DNA of 64,000 nt from Vicinamibacterales bacterium (lineage in GTDB: Bacteria; Acidobacteriota; Vicinamibacteria; Vicinamibacterales; UBA8438). Below, one piece after another: positions 19,834 to 29,575 of the stretch. The notes beneath the pieces are model-generated. The model saw only the letters and a program-made list of their open reading frames with translations. It was not told the DNA's origin and made no database searches. The stretch covers positions 957,858-1,021,857 of the forward strand of contig OZ250139.1 in assembly GCA_965237405.1 (NCBI GenBank). Reading direction: 5' to 3'. The translations under genes were made by a program, and so were the position numbers. How positions within the stretch are numbered: the stretch's first letter is position 1; the number at the start of each line of letters is the position of its first letter.

Positions 19834-22150
19834 ACGGCCGAGTCCATCTGAGCCTGGCTCGTTGTCGGGATCGCCGCGGGCGAGCACGCAGGTATCCGAT
19901 CCCCCTCGGCCTTTCCGTGACAACCCCCTCCTAATTCTCATTGGTATCGTTATTTTCCTGGCAGCACTCGTGGGTCTTCTGGGTCTCGCCGAAAGGTCTA
20001 CTGAGCTCGCACCAGACTACCTAGCGGAGGTTGTCCTCTACGCGCTATCAGCGGTATGCATGACCATGTTGGTCGTGCTCGGTTTTATTCTGGCACGTAA
20101 CATCGTAAAGCTTTGGGTTGAGCGACGCCGGGCAGCCCCGTTCGCGCGATTCCGCGCGAAGCTCGTAGCTGCGTTGCTCGCGATGACCGTTATTCCGTCG
20201 CTGTTGGTACTCTTGGTGGGGAGCGAACTCATCCGCAACAGTGCACAGCGCTGGTTCTCTGCACCCATTGACGAAGTGCTCACGTCATCGAATGAAATCG
20301 CACGCGAGTATTACGGAAGTCGTGAGCGGGTCGTGAGCGACCATGCTAGGCGGATTGCCGGCATGCTGTCTGGGTTGTCGCTTGACACCGCCAATGTTTC
20401 GCGCATTAGGGATCTAGTCACACCGGACGTCGCAGCCGGTCTGCTTGGGAGCGTCGACGTCTATCGCGTGGTGTCTGACATAGATGAGGGCGGATCTGTT
20501 GTCGTCGAGCCCCTCCTCGAGGTCGCCATGCCAACGGGCCCTGAGGGGTATTCTCCCGCCGCTTCCGAGCGATTGGCAGAGCGCGTGGCGTCGGGGATCG
20601 GTGAGACTCGACAGGCCCAGCCCTTGGCCGGAGGCGCAGAAGTCGTCCGCGCTGGAGCAGTGATTAAAAGTTCGGTCGGCGGCGATGCCGTCGGGGTCGT
20701 CGTCGCGAGCGATGCGTTGACCGGCAGTGTTGCACTTCATGCTCGCCGTATAAGTGGTGCTTACGAGGCGTACAATCAGCTTCGGGTCCTGCGACAACCT
20801 CTGGCTGGGGTCTACCTATCCTTCTTCGTCATGTTGACGCTGATGATCCTCATAAGTGCAACATGGCTTGGTGTGTATATCGCAAAGCGGATTACTCGTC
20901 CGGTCCAGATGTTGGCGGAGGGGACACGAGAGATTGGGGCGGGCCATCTCGACTATCGACTCGAACCCCGGAATACCGACGAATTCGGATCGTTATTTGA
21001 GGCCTTTAACACGATGGCCGGAGAGTTATCGACGAGCCAACGAAGGCTAGAACGTTCGCGGCATGACTTAGAGCGAAAAAATCAGGAGGTGGACCAACGT
21101 CGGCAGTACATGGAGACGATACTCGAGAGAATTGCGACGGGAGTGGTCTCGACCGATTCCGAAGGAAGGATCACGACGATCAATCCGGCTGCCGGTCGCT
21201 TGCTCTCGCTAACGCCATCGACCATCGGGCAACTCGACGCCACGGTATTCGCCCGAGATGATCTCCAACCGCTGGCCGAGGTCTTAAAGAATTCGCGCGC
21301 GACGGGCAAAAATCGAACGGCCCAGGAGGTGGCGCTGAGTCGGGAAGGGCGCGAAGTGCACCTGGCCGTCGCCGCGACGACCCTGCCGACGAAGAGCGAC
21401 GAAATTGGCGGCACGGTCATGGTCTTTGACGACGTGACACCACTAATTCGAGCGCAACGGGTGGCGACGTGGCGCGATGTGGCACGCCGTCTGGCTCACG
21501 AGATTAAGAATCCGCTAACACCTATCCAATTGTGCGCCGAGCGAATGCGCAAACATTTCAACGGGGCACCAGGGCCAGCGCAGCGTGTCGTTGATGAGTG
21601 CACGTCTACGATCGTTAGTGAGGTGGAAGCCTTGAAATTACTCGTCAATGAGTTCTCAAATTTCGCGCGGATGCCCTCACCACGAACGGTGGACGCTGAC
21701 CTGAATGGTGTGGTCGATGAGGCGTTGGAACTCTATAGCGGTCTGTTTGATAACATCGAGGTGAAGCGATCTTTGGACTCTATGCTGCCGCAGGTGAAAT
21801 TCGACCCACAGCAGGTTCGACGGGTTATCGTAAACCTCGTCGACAACGCGGTCGATGTTCTCCAGGGCGCCCGTCCGGTGGACGTTAACGGCAAGAAGGG
21901 GTTCATTGAAATCCTAACGGAACATGACGGCGCGGCTGGCGTCGTTCGACTGATCGTGCGCGACAATGGTCCAGGCATTGCGGAGGCTGACCGCGACAAG
22001 CTCTTCATGCCCTACTTCTCAACAAAACGGAGAGGCAGCGGTTTGGGACTGGCCATCGTCCGACGGATCATTATTGAACACGGCGGAAACATACGGGTCG
22101 AGAAGAACGTACCGCACGGCATGGCCTTCACCGTGGAGTTGCCTTGCTAA
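19817..22150 (+). CDS. NtrY-like sensor histidine kinase (TM-HAMP-PAS-HisKA-HATPase)
   Basis: N-terminal TM helices, a HAMP domain, a PAS domain, the H-box LAHEIKNPLTPI, and N/G boxes (DNGPGI, GSGLGLAIV). The ATG at 19817 overlaps the nrdR end by 17 nt. Confidence 0.82.
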   Translation: MRQINKRPSPSEPGSLSGSPRASTQVSDPPRPFRDNPLLILIGIVIFLAALVGLLGLAERSTELAPDYLAEVVLYALSAVCMTMLVVLGFILARNIVKLWVERRRAAPFARFRAKLVAALLAMTVIPSLLVLLVGSELIRNSAQRWFSAPIDEVLTSSNEIAREYYGSRERVVSDHARRIAGMLSGLSLDTANVSRIRDLVTPDVAAGLLGSVDVYRVVSDIDEGGSVVVEPLLEVAMPTGPEGYSPAASERLAERVASGIGETRQAQPLAGGAEVVRAGAVIKSSVGGDAVGVVVASDALTGSVALHARRISGAYEAYNQLRVLRQPLAGVYLSFFVMLTLMILISATWLGVYIAKRITRPVQMLAEGTREIGAGHLDYRLEPRNTDEFGSLFEAFNTMAGELSTSQRRLERSRHDLERKNQEVDQRRQYMETILERIATGVVSTDSEGRITTINPAAGRLLSLTPSTIGQLDATVFARDDLQPLAEVLKNSRATGKNRTAQEVALSREGREVHLAVAATTLPTKSDEIGGTVMVFDDVTPLIRAQRVATWRDVARRLAHEIKNPLTPIQLCAERMRKHFNGAPGPAQRVVDECTSTIVSEVEALKLLVNEFSNFARMPSPRTVDADLNGVVDEALELYSGLFDNIEVKRSLDSMLPQVKFDPQQVRRVIVNLVDNAVDVLQGARPVDVNGKKGFIEILTEHDGAAGVVRLIVRDNGPGIAEADRDKLFMPYFSTKRRGSGLGLAIVRRIIIEHGGNIRVEKNVPHGMAFTVELPC

Positions 22151-22171
22151 TGTTTCGGGTGATGAGATGAG

Positions 22172-23602
22172 GTGGTCGTGAAGGCGTCGTTTCTTGTTGT
22201 GGATGACGAGGCCGGCGTGCGATCGGCGCTGTCGAGCGTCCTCGAGGACGAAGGCTACCTGGTTGAATCAGTTAATACGGGTGAAGCCTGTCTCGACCGG
22301 GTGCAGCGGCATGAATACGATGTCATTGTCCTCGACATTTGGCTTCCTGGCCTCGATGGCCTAGCAACGTTACGCAAACTTCGTGAGCGGAAAATTGACG
22401 CCGAAGTGATCATGATTTCTGGTCACGGTAACATCGAGTCGGCGGTTCGTGCCATCAAGTTGGGCGCATTCGACTTCGTGGAAAAGCCGCTGTCGCTCGA
22501 CAAGACCGTTCTCGTCGCGCGTAACGCGATTCGGCAACGACGTCTCGAGGCCGAGAACCGCGAGTTACGGGCACATGTCGACCGCGGTCTGGTGATGGTC
22601 GGTGAAGACCCAATTATGGAGAGTCTTCGGGAGCAAATAGCCAAGGCTGCTCCAACCACCGGGCGAGTACTTATCTACGGGGAGAACGGGACTGGGAAGG
22701 AACTTGTCGCACGGACTATACACGCGATGAGTAATCGCTCGGGCGGTCCTTTCGTTGAAGTTAATTGCGCGGCTATCCCAGAAGAACTCATTGAGAGTGA
22801 GCTCTTCGGCTACACGAAAGGGGCGTTTACTGGTGCCGTCAGTGCTCGCGAGGGGAAGTTTGAGACCGCTGACGGCGGAACCTTGTTCCTCGACGAGGTC
22901 GGGGACATGAGCCTCAAGACCCAAGCGAAGGTTCTGCGGGTCCTACAGGAGCAAGTCGTGGAGCGAGTCGGTGGCACTGGCGGTATTCGCGTCGACGTTA
23001 GGGTCCTAGCCGCGACGAACAAAGATCTTAGGAAGGCCATTAATGATCGGATGTTTCGTGAGGACCTCTTCTTCCGGCTCAACGTTATCCCCATCTTCGT
23101 GCCACCCCTGCGTGAGCGAAGGACGGACATTGAACGGCTGGCTCAGTATTTTTTGGTGGACTTTGCCCAGCAGTACGGCCACAGGGTAAAGAAGCTCGAC
23201 GAAGCCGCCTTAACCGTGCTCAGATCCCATGATTGGCCTGGCAACGTGCGCGAATTGAGGAACGTTTTGGAGCGACTGGCGATCATGGTGCAGGGCGAAA
23301 CTATCGAGTCCGACGACCTCGCATTCTTACCAGGGGGGCGTCACTCGGACGGAGATTCGAGCGCCGAAGGAACGGTGCTGACGCTCCAGAAAGCTCGCGA
23401 GCAATTCGAACGCGGCTACATCGTTGAGGCGCTGGTTACACAACGCGGTAACATCTCCCGAACCGCGGATGTGCTGGGCGTCGAACGCAGCAATTTGTAT
23501 CGCAAGATGCGTGCCTTTGGAATCATAACTCCGCGTAAGAGCCGCGGCGTGGTGGCAACATCTTTCGGACGAGACCTATCTCGAGCACTTGATTCTGGGT
23601 AA
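22172..23602 (+). CDS. Sigma-54-dependent response regulator (NtrX/NtrC-like)
   Basis: A REC domain (FLVVDDE...DVIVLDIWLPG), an AAA+ domain (GENGTGKE, GAFTGA, ELFGY) and a C-terminal Fis-type HTH (GNISRTADVLGVERSNLYRKM). Confidence 0.88.
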   Translation: MVVKASFLVVDDEAGVRSALSSVLEDEGYLVESVNTGEACLDRVQRHEYDVIVLDIWLPGLDGLATLRKLRERKIDAEVIMISGHGNIESAVRAIKLGAFDFVEKPLSLDKTVLVARNAIRQRRLEAENRELRAHVDRGLVMVGEDPIMESLREQIAKAAPTTGRVLIYGENGTGKELVARTIHAMSNRSGGPFVEVNCAAIPEELIESELFGYTKGAFTGAVSAREGKFETADGGTLFLDEVGDMSLKTQAKVLRVLQEQVVERVGGTGGIRVDVRVLAATNKDLRKAINDRMFREDLFFRLNVIPIFVPPLRERRTDIERLAQYFLVDFAQQYGHRVKKLDEAALTVLRSHDWPGNVRELRNVLERLAIMVQGETIESDDLAFLPGGRHSDGDSSAEGTVLTLQKAREQFERGYIVEALVTQRGNISRTADVLGVERSNLYRKMRAFGIITPRKSRGVVATSFGRDLSRALDSG

Positions 23603-24449
23603 AGCCTTCTAGATGAATCGCTTTCCGAGTCATCCCAATCAGGGCATCGGCGGGCAAGAGACCAACGACCTCGCTCTCAAGTAAGTTGATGCCGTGCTTA
23701 GCCGCCTCTCGCTCAACCCGCGTAAATACCCGTTGGAGAGGTGACCGTTCGTGGTCGGTGATGTTCATCGAGACCTGAACGATGCCTCGGTGAGCCAGTG
23801 CCACGCCCATTGCCTTCACACCCGCTAGGCCACCATTCCGCTCACGTATGGTCGCGGCGATAGCACGCGCCGCTGTGAGGTCAACGCTGTCTAGGTTTAC
23901 GTTGAAAGCGATCAGGCTGTTTCTTGCACCTATCGCGGATGCCCCGGCCGACGGATGAGGCAGGCAGGCCCCGTAGTCGGGCCTCCAGGCAGCGTCAGTC
24001 ATCTTCGCGGCGAGGCCCTCGAACTCACCACGCCGAATGTTCTCGAGGGACCGTTGATTCGGATGTAACGCAGCCTCGCCGTATAGATAGACCGGCACCG
24101 CGAAGCGAGCCGCCACGACGGAACCAAAGCGTCGCGCAAGCGCCGAACATTCAGCCATTGTCGTGTTCCCAATCGGAACAAATGGCACGACGTCGACAGC
24201 TCCGATTCGTGGGTGAACACCCCGTTGCTCGCGAAGATCTATGTGATCCAAGGCGACACCGTAGACACGCAGGAGTGCCGCGATGAGCGGCTCTTCGTCG
24301 CCGAAGATCGTCACTACGGTACGGTTGTGAGATGGATCACTCGATACGTCCAGCAGAAGAACGTCTGGGGTTTGGCTTACTACGCCGGTTATCGCTTCAA
24401 TGACGTCTCCGCGCCGACCTTCACTGATGTTAGGAACAGCTTGGATCAT
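23523..24449 (-). CDS. Glutamate formimidoyltransferase (FtcD N-terminal-type, stand-alone)
   Basis: MIQAVPNISEGRR start motif, HNRTVVT and HPRIGAVDVVPFVP. The ATG at 24449 is preferred over 24482. Confidence 0.8.
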   Translation of the reverse strand: MIQAVPNISEGRRGDVIEAITGVVSQTPDVLLLDVSSDPSHNRTVVTIFGDEEPLIAALLRVYGVALDHIDLREQRGVHPRIGAVDVVPFVPIGNTTMAECSALARRFGSVVAARFAVPVYLYGEAALHPNQRSLENIRRGEFEGLAAKMTDAAWRPDYGACLPHPSAGASAIGARNSLIAFNVNLDSVDLTAARAIAATIRERNGGLAGVKAMGVALAHRGIVQVSMNITDHERSPLQRVFTRVEREAAKHGINLLESEVVGLLPADALIGMTRKAIHLEGFTQNQVLEIGLVRKMLPPRRGSYAEL

Positions 24450-24544
24450 AGTTTGACTCTCGGCAAATTCTACGGCGAACACGAGTTAGGGTATATGACC
24501 GTGTTGACTGAGAACTCGCATTTGTCAGATAATCGGCAATCTTC

Positions 24545-25363
24545 ATGGTCGAGCCTGCCCACGATGAGAAGGAATCTGAAAAAAGCACGTCAAACGTCGA
24601 TAGCAGCCTAAAGATCGAACAACTCCTTCTTTCCGGTCTCGACCACTACTTTAAGAGACGATACGAACGCGCGATCGACATCTGGACGCGTGTACTTTTC
24701 CTGGATCGCTCGCACGCTCGGGCACGAGCGTACATCGATCGTGCACGTGGGGCAGTGGCCGAACGCCTGCGAGAATCCGAAGAGCTGGTACATACAGGAA
24801 TCGAGGCACTTGAGCGCGGCGACGTTCCGGAGGCGCGCAACCTGTTACGGTCGGCCGTCGAACACGGTGGTGGGCGTGACGACGTCCAAAGTATTCTGGA
24901 GCGGCTTGAGCACCTCGACCACCTTGACGCTGCGTCAGGCACCAGCGTGGCGCCACGTAGCGAGGTTTCCCCGGTCCTAGCCGAGTCGACGTTGGCCACG
25001 GAGACTCTGGAACCGATTCCACGACGGTTACGTCTTGGTCCTCTCGGCGCCCTAGTGGCCTTGTTTGCGGTGATTGGTTACCTCGCGGTATCCGGAATCG
25101 AGTGGTCACCGTGGCTCCAGAATCAAACTGTCCCAACGGCTCCGGTGGTAATAGTTCGAGCGCGGATTTTAATTCCGGCTATTTCCGAGTTGGACGTTCA
25201 GAGAGCTCGGCGCCTCGTTGAGGACGGGCGCTTGCGAGACGCGCTCGCGTTGCTTGAAGGAATTACTCCTATCGATCCCGTGGCAGCCGAAGCAGGTCGC
25301 CTTCGAGCACAAATCCAACGCGAACTTCTCGAGCCTCTCTCGGCAGGTGGATTGGTGCGTTGA
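24545..25363 (+). CDS. Hypothetical TPR-like protein with one TM segment
   Basis: Helical repeats (YERAIDIWTRVLFLDRSHARARAYIDRA; GDVPEARNLLRSAVEHG) and a TM segment (LGPLGALVALFAVIGYLAVSGI). Confidence 0.45.
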   Translation: MVEPAHDEKESEKSTSNVDSSLKIEQLLLSGLDHYFKRRYERAIDIWTRVLFLDRSHARARAYIDRARGAVAERLRESEELVHTGIEALERGDVPEARNLLRSAVEHGGGRDDVQSILERLEHLDHLDAASGTSVAPRSEVSPVLAESTLATETLEPIPRRLRLGPLGALVALFAVIGYLAVSGIEWSPWLQNQTVPTAPVVIVRARILIPAISELDVQRARRLVEDGRLRDALALLEGITPIDPVAAEAGRLRAQIQRELLEPLSAGGLVR

Positions 25364-26157
25364 TGCAGTGCCCCTGCTGCCATCGCATCAAATCGACGAG
25401 TGCCGCATTCTGCTCGGGGTGCGGATATGGACTTACGGGAGGATCGACGCTTGAGGAAGGCGTAGATGTTCAAACCGATAGGGTGCCGGTTGGGCCGATG
25501 CTGGACTTCGAGCTGCGCCGTCCGATACTCGACCGGACATCTCAAATGGGAGGACGTCACCGAGCTAGCGGGCGACCGATAGGTTCGTCGCGGTCACGAC
25601 CGTTGTCTGTTCGGCGAACCACGCCTGACGTTCCAAAATTTTGGTCCAGAGCCTCACGGCTACCCCTCCGGTCGTCCCTCGCACCGAAGCAGCCAAGTGG
25701 CGGAGTGGTTCAGCAGCCACCGGTCGCAATACAGTCGATGGACAAGCCAGTTAGCCTGCTGGGCCGACGCCTTGCCGCAGGCCTCTTGGATTTTGTGATT
25801 CTCGCCAGTGTCAACAGCGTTGTTGGCTATTTCACGCTGCGTCTCGTTCACCTCTCATTCACAGAAATAGACCAGTTACCCGTACTGCCGCTTTCGTGCT
25901 TCCTACTCCTATTCGATGTGACCTATTTCGTCTTCCTGACGGCATTTGGCGGACAGACCATCGGGAAGATCGCTGTTGGTTTGCGGGTGGAGAAGCGAAG
26001 AGGTCAGGGAGTCTCGATTTTGAGTGCACTTACCCGCACCGTGGGGTACGGAATTTCCGTCGTTCCGGTCGGGCTTGGCTTCCTGAGCCTGTTCTTCCGG
26101 CGAGGGCGGGCGCTTCACGATTTGCTCGCCGATACCCGGGTCGTAAGGGTTCCGTAG
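25360..26157 (+). CDS. RDD-family membrane protein with N-terminal zinc ribbon
   Basis: CPCC...CSGCGY at the N-terminus, and a C-terminal RDD-type region (RRLAAGLLDFVILASVNSVVGYF...GGQTIGK...LHDLLADTRVV). Confidence 0.62.
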   Translation: MMQCPCCHRIKSTSAAFCSGCGYGLTGGSTLEEGVDVQTDRVPVGPMLDFELRRPILDRTSQMGGRHRASGRPIGSSRSRPLSVRRTTPDVPKFWSRASRLPLRSSLAPKQPSGGVVQQPPVAIQSMDKPVSLLGRRLAAGLLDFVILASVNSVVGYFTLRLVHLSFTEIDQLPVLPLSCFLLLFDVTYFVFLTAFGGQTIGKIAVGLRVEKRRGQGVSILSALTRTVGYGISVVPVGLGFLSLFFRRGRALHDLLADTRVVRVP

Positions 26158-26160
26158 CGC

Positions 26161-26625
26161 ATGCGCGCACTGGGTCTCCTGATTGGGACAGCCGGGGGTG
26201 CAGGATTTACCCCCGTCGCACCTGGTACGGCCGGTTCTGCAGTTGGCTTAGTCTTCCTGGTCGGCGTTAGAAACGTTGCGCCGATGCTCGAATTGCCAAT
26301 TCTCGTCGTCGTGATCCTGGTGGGCGTTTGGGCCGCGACGATAGGGGAGAGGGAGGCAGGAAGCGAGGACCCGGGCTTTATCGTCATTGATGAGGTGGCC
26401 GGGATGTTCCTCACAATGCTGTGGGTGCCACTGACCATCTGGACTGCCATCATCGGTTTCTTCGCGTTTCGTGTCTTCGACATCGCCAAACCATTTCCTA
26501 TTAAATCAGCCGAGCGCTTACCTAGCGGTCTTGGAATGATGGCAGACGACTTGGTGGCCGGAACGTACGCGGCTCTCGTTGTCAATACGTTCGTCTGGGT
26601 AATGCCAAGCATGGTAACCGCGTGA
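26161..26625 (+). CDS. pgpA: Phosphatidylglycerophosphatase A
   Basis: APGTAGSAVG, IVIDEVAGM, FRVFDIAKPFPI and GLGMMADDLVAG motifs. Confidence 0.85.
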   Translation: MRALGLLIGTAGGAGFTPVAPGTAGSAVGLVFLVGVRNVAPMLELPILVVVILVGVWAATIGEREAGSEDPGFIVIDEVAGMFLTMLWVPLTIWTAIIGFFAFRVFDIAKPFPIKSAERLPSGLGMMADDLVAGTYAALVVNTFVWVMPSMVTA

Positions 26626-27929
26626 TGACCACGGGGGAATCCATACGCAGGGCGGTAATTATCGCGGTCGGGTCGGAACTCCTAACCTCGACCAAGTTGG
26701 ACACCAATTCGTTGTTCCTGACAGAGGCGCTCAACGGGTTGGGCGTAACCCTGGCGTATAAGGTGGTTATCGGTGACGACGAGGTTCGGCTCTCACGGGC
26801 CGTTCGTTGTGCCACTGATGAGGCGGAGCTCGTCCTGGTGACTGGTGGGCTTGGTGCAACCGATGACGACGTGACGCGTGCTACCGTTGCACGCACGTTC
26901 GACCTGCCGATGCGGGAGGATCCAACACTCGTCTCTACTATTCGATCGCGCTTCGAGGCTCGTGGACTGTCGATGCCCGAAGTAAACCGACGACAAGCGC
27001 TGGTACCACGCGGCGCGGATGTGCTCCCCAATCCCCGCGGCACTGCACCGGGCCTGTGGATTGATACACCAACGGCAGTCTGCATCCTATTACCCGGGCC
27101 ATTCCGTGAGCTCAGACCTATGTTCATCGATCACGTCACGCCACGAATTGGTCCCCGGACGGATGGGGCTCGTGTCTACCGAAAAATCCTCACAATCGTT
27201 GGGCGGACGGAATCTCATGTCGAGGAGTTGACAAAGCCGGTCCACTTGCAGTGGCGTGAGTCGGGCGGTGAGGTTCAAAGGACAATTCTTACCTCACTGG
27301 GTCAAATCGAGTTGCACCTAACAACTCTCGCTCACAAGCCGACGGACGCGCAGGCGACTCTCGCCCGAGCGGCGGCCGAGATATCGAACGTACTTGGAAC
27401 CCACCTCGTCAGTGCGGATGGCGAGTCGCTCGAAGTCGTGGTGGGGAGAATGTTAAGGGCACGGCATGAGCGCGTGGCCATTGCGGAGTCCTGCACCGGT
27501 GGGCTTATTATGTCGCGCCTGACGGATATTCCTGGTAGCTCGGTTTATACCTACGGCGGCTGGACGGTGTACAGCAATCAGGCCAAGATTGAGCAGCTGG
27601 GTGTCGACCCCGGACTGCTCGACCGTCACGGCGCCGTGAGCGAACCAGTGGTGTGTGCGATGGCCGAGGCCGCTCGTCGGCTGGGACGGGTGGACTACGG
27701 GCTCGGCATCACTGGTATCGCAGGACCCTCTGGAGGGAATGAAGAGAAACCGGTCGGGATGGTTTGGCTGGCTCTTGCCAATTCAGCCGGAACGGTCCAA
27801 AGCCGGCGTTTTCGTTTCGCGGGAGAGCGCGACCGGGTAAAGTTTCAAGCTTCACAGACGGCGCTCGACATGTTGCGGCGTTCGCTGTTAGAACGGGACA
27901 CTAAGCAGCACGCTTCAGCCGAAACATGA
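26622..27929 (+). CDS. cinA: CinA-family protein (MoCF-binding domain + nicotinamide-nucleotide amidohydrolase PncC domain)
   Basis: AVGSELL...DTNS, LVLVTGGLGATDDD, IAESCTGG and GITGIAGPSGG motifs. Confidence 0.87.
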   Translation: MMTTGESIRRAVIIAVGSELLTSTKLDTNSLFLTEALNGLGVTLAYKVVIGDDEVRLSRAVRCATDEAELVLVTGGLGATDDDVTRATVARTFDLPMREDPTLVSTIRSRFEARGLSMPEVNRRQALVPRGADVLPNPRGTAPGLWIDTPTAVCILLPGPFRELRPMFIDHVTPRIGPRTDGARVYRKILTIVGRTESHVEELTKPVHLQWRESGGEVQRTILTSLGQIELHLTTLAHKPTDAQATLARAAAEISNVLGTHLVSADGESLEVVVGRMLRARHERVAIAESCTGGLIMSRLTDIPGSSVYTYGGWTVYSNQAKIEQLGVDPGLLDRHGAVSEPVVCAMAEAARRLGRVDYGLGITGIAGPSGGNEEKPVGMVWLALANSAGTVQSRRFRFAGERDRVKFQASQTALDMLRRSLLERDTKQHASAET

Positions 27930-28513
27930 ATGTGTCATTTTTTCTCGTCGCCTACCTTGTGGGTAGTATTCCGTTTGCGCTCTGGCTAACTAGACGCAGT
28001 GGCGGAACGGATGTGCGGCGTGTCGGGAGCGGAAACATTGGCACGACGAATGTCTGGCGCGTAGCCGGTGCCGCCACCGCCGTCGCCGTGTTCACGCTGG
28101 ATGTGGGTAAAGGTTTGGCGGTGGTTCTAGGTGCCCGCGAGGTTGGCCTCGATCTGTCTGGACAGGCTACTTCCGCTGCGGCGGTAGTGGCTGGCCAAGT
28201 GTTTCCAGTGTGGTTGAAGTTCAGAGGGGGTAAGGGCGTTGCGACCGCGGCTGGAGCGTTCTTGGTCCTGACCCCGTGGGCGATGCTGATTACGGCAGGC
28301 ATCTTCGTCAGCGTGGTCTGGATTAGTCGCTTCATGTCAATTGGTTCGATTGCTGCGGGGATAGCCCTCGTGCCGCTTGTGTTCATCTCGGGGGTTCCTC
28401 CCCCGGTCCTGACGGCCGTCTGTGGCGTAAGCCTGCTCGTCGTGACTCGTCATCGTTCGAACGTCACCCGTCTTCTGGCCGGCAGTGAGCGGCGAGTGGG
28501 GCAGCGAGCGTGA
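27926..28513 (+). CDS. plsY: Glycerol-3-phosphate acyltransferase PlsY
   Basis: GSIPFALWL, GSGNIGTTNVWR and GGKGVATAAG motifs. ATGA overlap with cinA. Confidence 0.9.
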   Translation: MNVSFFLVAYLVGSIPFALWLTRRSGGTDVRRVGSGNIGTTNVWRVAGAATAVAVFTLDVGKGLAVVLGAREVGLDLSGQATSAAAVVAGQVFPVWLKFRGGKGVATAAGAFLVLTPWAMLITAGIFVSVVWISRFMSIGSIAAGIALVPLVFISGVPPPVLTAVCGVSLLVVTRHRSNVTRLLAGSERRVGQRA

Positions 28514-29556
28514 CGACGTCGTCCTCAACCCGCGGGGTTGCGGTTCTCGGAGCTGGCGGGTGGGGAACTGCCCTGGCGATTCACCTGGGTCGAATCGGGC
28601 TAGCGGTGCATCTCTGGGCTCGAGACGACTCCCTCGTCAGCCGCATGACCCTGTCACATGTTAACGACGTGTACCTGCCCGGCGTCGAGCTTCCCCAGAG
28701 TGTTCGCCCCACCTCGTCGCTTGAACAGGCTGTCGTTGGAGCTCATTGGGTCGTATCGGCTGTTCCCTCGCATGGAACCCGCGACGTTCTTCGCCGCGCG
28801 TACCCACATCTATCCAACGACGTGGTTATCGTGAGCGCAACAAAGGGTCTCGAAAACGAAACACTCTTGCGAATGAGTGAAGTCATCGGGCAGGAGATTG
28901 GCACTGAAGCACGGGTCACCGTCTTATCGGGACCGAGTTTCTCGATGGAGGTCGCCCAAGAACTCCCTACCGCGGTTTCAATCGCGGGTCGGTGCGCTGA
29001 TACCGTCGCTGCAGTTCAAGAGGAATTCAGATCGCGAAATTTTCGTTTGTACGCCACCGACGACGTCATTGGTGTCGAGATAGGTGGAGCGATGAAGAAC
29101 GTGATCGCGATCGCGGCGGGTGTAGTTCAGGCTCTCGGATTGGGCCAGAACGCATTGTCCGCGTTGATGACAAGGGGCCTTGCAGAGATTTCTCGGCTCG
29201 CCGTCGCCGTCGGGGGACGTCGTGAAACACTGGCAGGCCTCAGTGGCCTCGGAGACCTGGTGTTAACGTGCACCGGCACGCTAAGCCGGAATCGTCGCGT
29301 GGGTGTCAAGCTCGGCCGCGGGCAACCACTGGAATTGATCCTGTCAGGCATGAGTGCTGTTGCTGAAGGAGTGAGAACGACCCAGGCTGCTCTGGAGCTC
29401 GGGTCGCGGCACCGGGTCGAGCTACCTATTACGGCGATGACGGCTGAGGTCTTAGCGGGCCGCAAGACCCCGCAAGTGGCGTTTGAGGAACTCATGTTAC
29501 GTCGTCAGCGTTCAGAGGTCGATGCTATTTCGTTGCCGAACAGGCCGGCCCTTTAA
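28510..29556 (+). CDS. gpsA: NAD(P)H-dependent glycerol-3-phosphate dehydrogenase
   Basis: VLGAGGWGTALA Rossmann motif, GPSFSMEVA, GGAMKNVIAIAAG and GDLVLTCTGTLSRNRRVG. Confidence 0.92.
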   Translation: MTTSSSTRGVAVLGAGGWGTALAIHLGRIGLAVHLWARDDSLVSRMTLSHVNDVYLPGVELPQSVRPTSSLEQAVVGAHWVVSAVPSHGTRDVLRRAYPHLSNDVVIVSATKGLENETLLRMSEVIGQEIGTEARVTVLSGPSFSMEVAQELPTAVSIAGRCADTVAAVQEEFRSRNFRLYATDDVIGVEIGGAMKNVIAIAAGVVQALGLGQNALSALMTRGLAEISRLAVAVGGRRETLAGLSGLGDLVLTCTGTLSRNRRVGVKLGRGQPLELILSGMSAVAEGVRTTQAALELGSRHRVELPITAMTAEVLAGRKTPQVAFEELMLRRQRSEVDAISLPNRPAL

Positions 29557-29575
29557 ACGAAGACTCGTCCGTAGG

